Position numbers and translations under genes: made by a program. A stretch of 59,177 nucleotides of DNA from an uncultured Rhodospirillaceae bacterium (GTDB taxonomy: Bacteria; Pseudomonadota; Alphaproteobacteria; MPNO01): positions 1-59,177 of the forward strand of contig CALGIA010000111.1 of the NCBI GenBank assembly GCA_937916005.1, read 5' to 3'. Below, piece by piece: positions 58,374 through 59,177 of the stretch. The notes under the pieces were generated by a model. That model saw only the letters and a program-made list of their open reading frames with translations, searched no databases and was not told where the DNA came from. Within the stretch, counting starts at the first letter, position 1. Each line of letters opens with the position of its first letter.

Positions 58374-59177
58374 TCAAGTCTTCGGTGACGAATTTCTTGC
58401 CGGCAATCGCAAGGCGCGCGACGACCACCAGGGAAAATATTTGGCGCGCCATACATGCCAGCATTGCCACAAGGGCGCGATCATGACTTCCCGCCGTCCC
58501 CGCGCCACCGCGTCGAGAATACGCCTTGCGACCTGCTCCGGGTCCATCCCGTCCGCCTGGATTTTGTTCTTTTTGCCATAGGTTCCGCCGTTTCCAGTCG
58601 CCGCATTGACGGAAATATTGGTGTTGGCCGACCCCAGGACAATGGTTGTCACTTCTAATCCTCTTGACCATTCCTCGGCCAGCAAGGCGGCGAAAATACG
58701 TTCAAGCGCTGCTTTGGACGCGCTATAGCCCGATCGCAGCGGCGTCGAGTATTTCGCGGCAATGGAGGAAATCACCAAAATCCGCCCGCCCTCGGCCATT
58801 GACGGCAGGACCAGCCTGGCCAGCGCCAGAGGTCCGAAAAAATTGGTCTCGAACAGATCGCGAAACACATTCATTTCGGTTTTGACTATCGTGGCGCGCA
58901 TTGTGCGGCCGGCATTATTGACCAGGATGTCCACATGCCCGAACCGTTCGAACGCCAGCCCGGCCGCCTGGGAAAGCGACGTCTCATCGGCCAGGTCGAG
59001 GGGGATCACCAGATGTTCCCCGTCTCCGTCCCCCAGATCATGGGCGACCCGGTTCAATTCATCGACGCGTCGCGCCGACAGGATCACATGGGCGCCCTCA
59101 TTATGGAAGGCGTGGGCCAGCGCCTCGCCGATGCCCGACGATGCGCCCGTGATCCAGACGACTTTTCCCTTGAACCG
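58374..59177 (-). CDS. SDR-family oxidoreductase (5' end just outside the window)
   Basis: The frame is open to the window edge: [21 protein letters not shown] (TGxxxGxG), NNAG, and the catalytic YSASKAAL. Confidence 0.88.
   Translation of the reverse strand, partial: RFKGKVVWITGASSGIGEALAHAFHNEGAHVILSARRVDELNRVAHDLGDGDGEHLVIPLDLADETSLSQAAGLAFERFGHVDILVNNAGRTMRATIVKTEMNVFRDLFETNFFGPLALARLVLPSMAEGGRILVISSIAAKYSTPLRSGYSASKAALERIFAALLAEEWSRGLEVTTIVLGSANTNISVNAATGNGGTYGKKNKIQADGMDPEQVARRILDAVARGRREVMIAPLWQCWHVWRAKYFPWWSSRALRLPARNSSPKT

Noticed and set aside
58351-58671. 107-codon N-terminal extension of the acetoacetyl-CoA synthetase ORF
   Set aside because: It overlaps the 3' end of the SDR gene. 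Synthetase homology ([10 protein letters not shown]...) starts right after Met at 58350.

Overview
GC-rich chromosomal segment with alphaproteobacterial gene content and synteny. The taxon is inferred from gene order only (aroA-cmk-rpsA-sppA-ihfB, pyrF-trpFBA-accD-folC, pckA/chvI-chvG-hprK-rapZ-EIIA-HPr, ahcY-HK-tsaE-amgK-murU-addB-addA-trxA). No search was run. I call 55 protein-coding genes, one possible gene fragment and two tRNAs: tRNA-Ala(GGC), truncated at the left edge, and tRNA-Arg(CCG). Packing is very tight, with many 1-, 4-, 8- or 11-nt overlaps. Almost all of it is core housekeeping: aromatic amino acid and tryptophan synthesis, ribosomal protein S1, DNA polymerase I, AddAB, argG, rlmN, thioredoxin. 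I see no transposase, integrase, CRISPR array, prophage or recognisable multi-gene defence system. The only accessory-looking stretch is about 1.3 kb downstream of tRNA-Arg (39357-40647). It starts with a low-GC spacer and holds the most unusual object in the window, a 263-nt element at 39552-39814. That element is made almost entirely of nested inverted repeats (33-bp outer stem enclosing two 20-bp stems) and is flanked by TTA direct repeats. Every stem mismatch is a G-U wobble when read on the + strand. It is either a MITE/RIME-like mosaic repeat or a highly structured RNA, and I cannot tell which without genome-wide copy counts. Lesser points: folC seems to need a non-canonical start codon; a Fur-like box precedes an orphan Fe(3+) binding-protein gene; a 10-bp tandem repeat lies upstream of chvI; an ABC ATPase has no permease; and an acetoacetyl-CoA synthetase / AhpD-like / Sir2 deacylase operon suggests lysine-acylation control. 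The many long ORFs antisense to real genes are high-GC artefacts.
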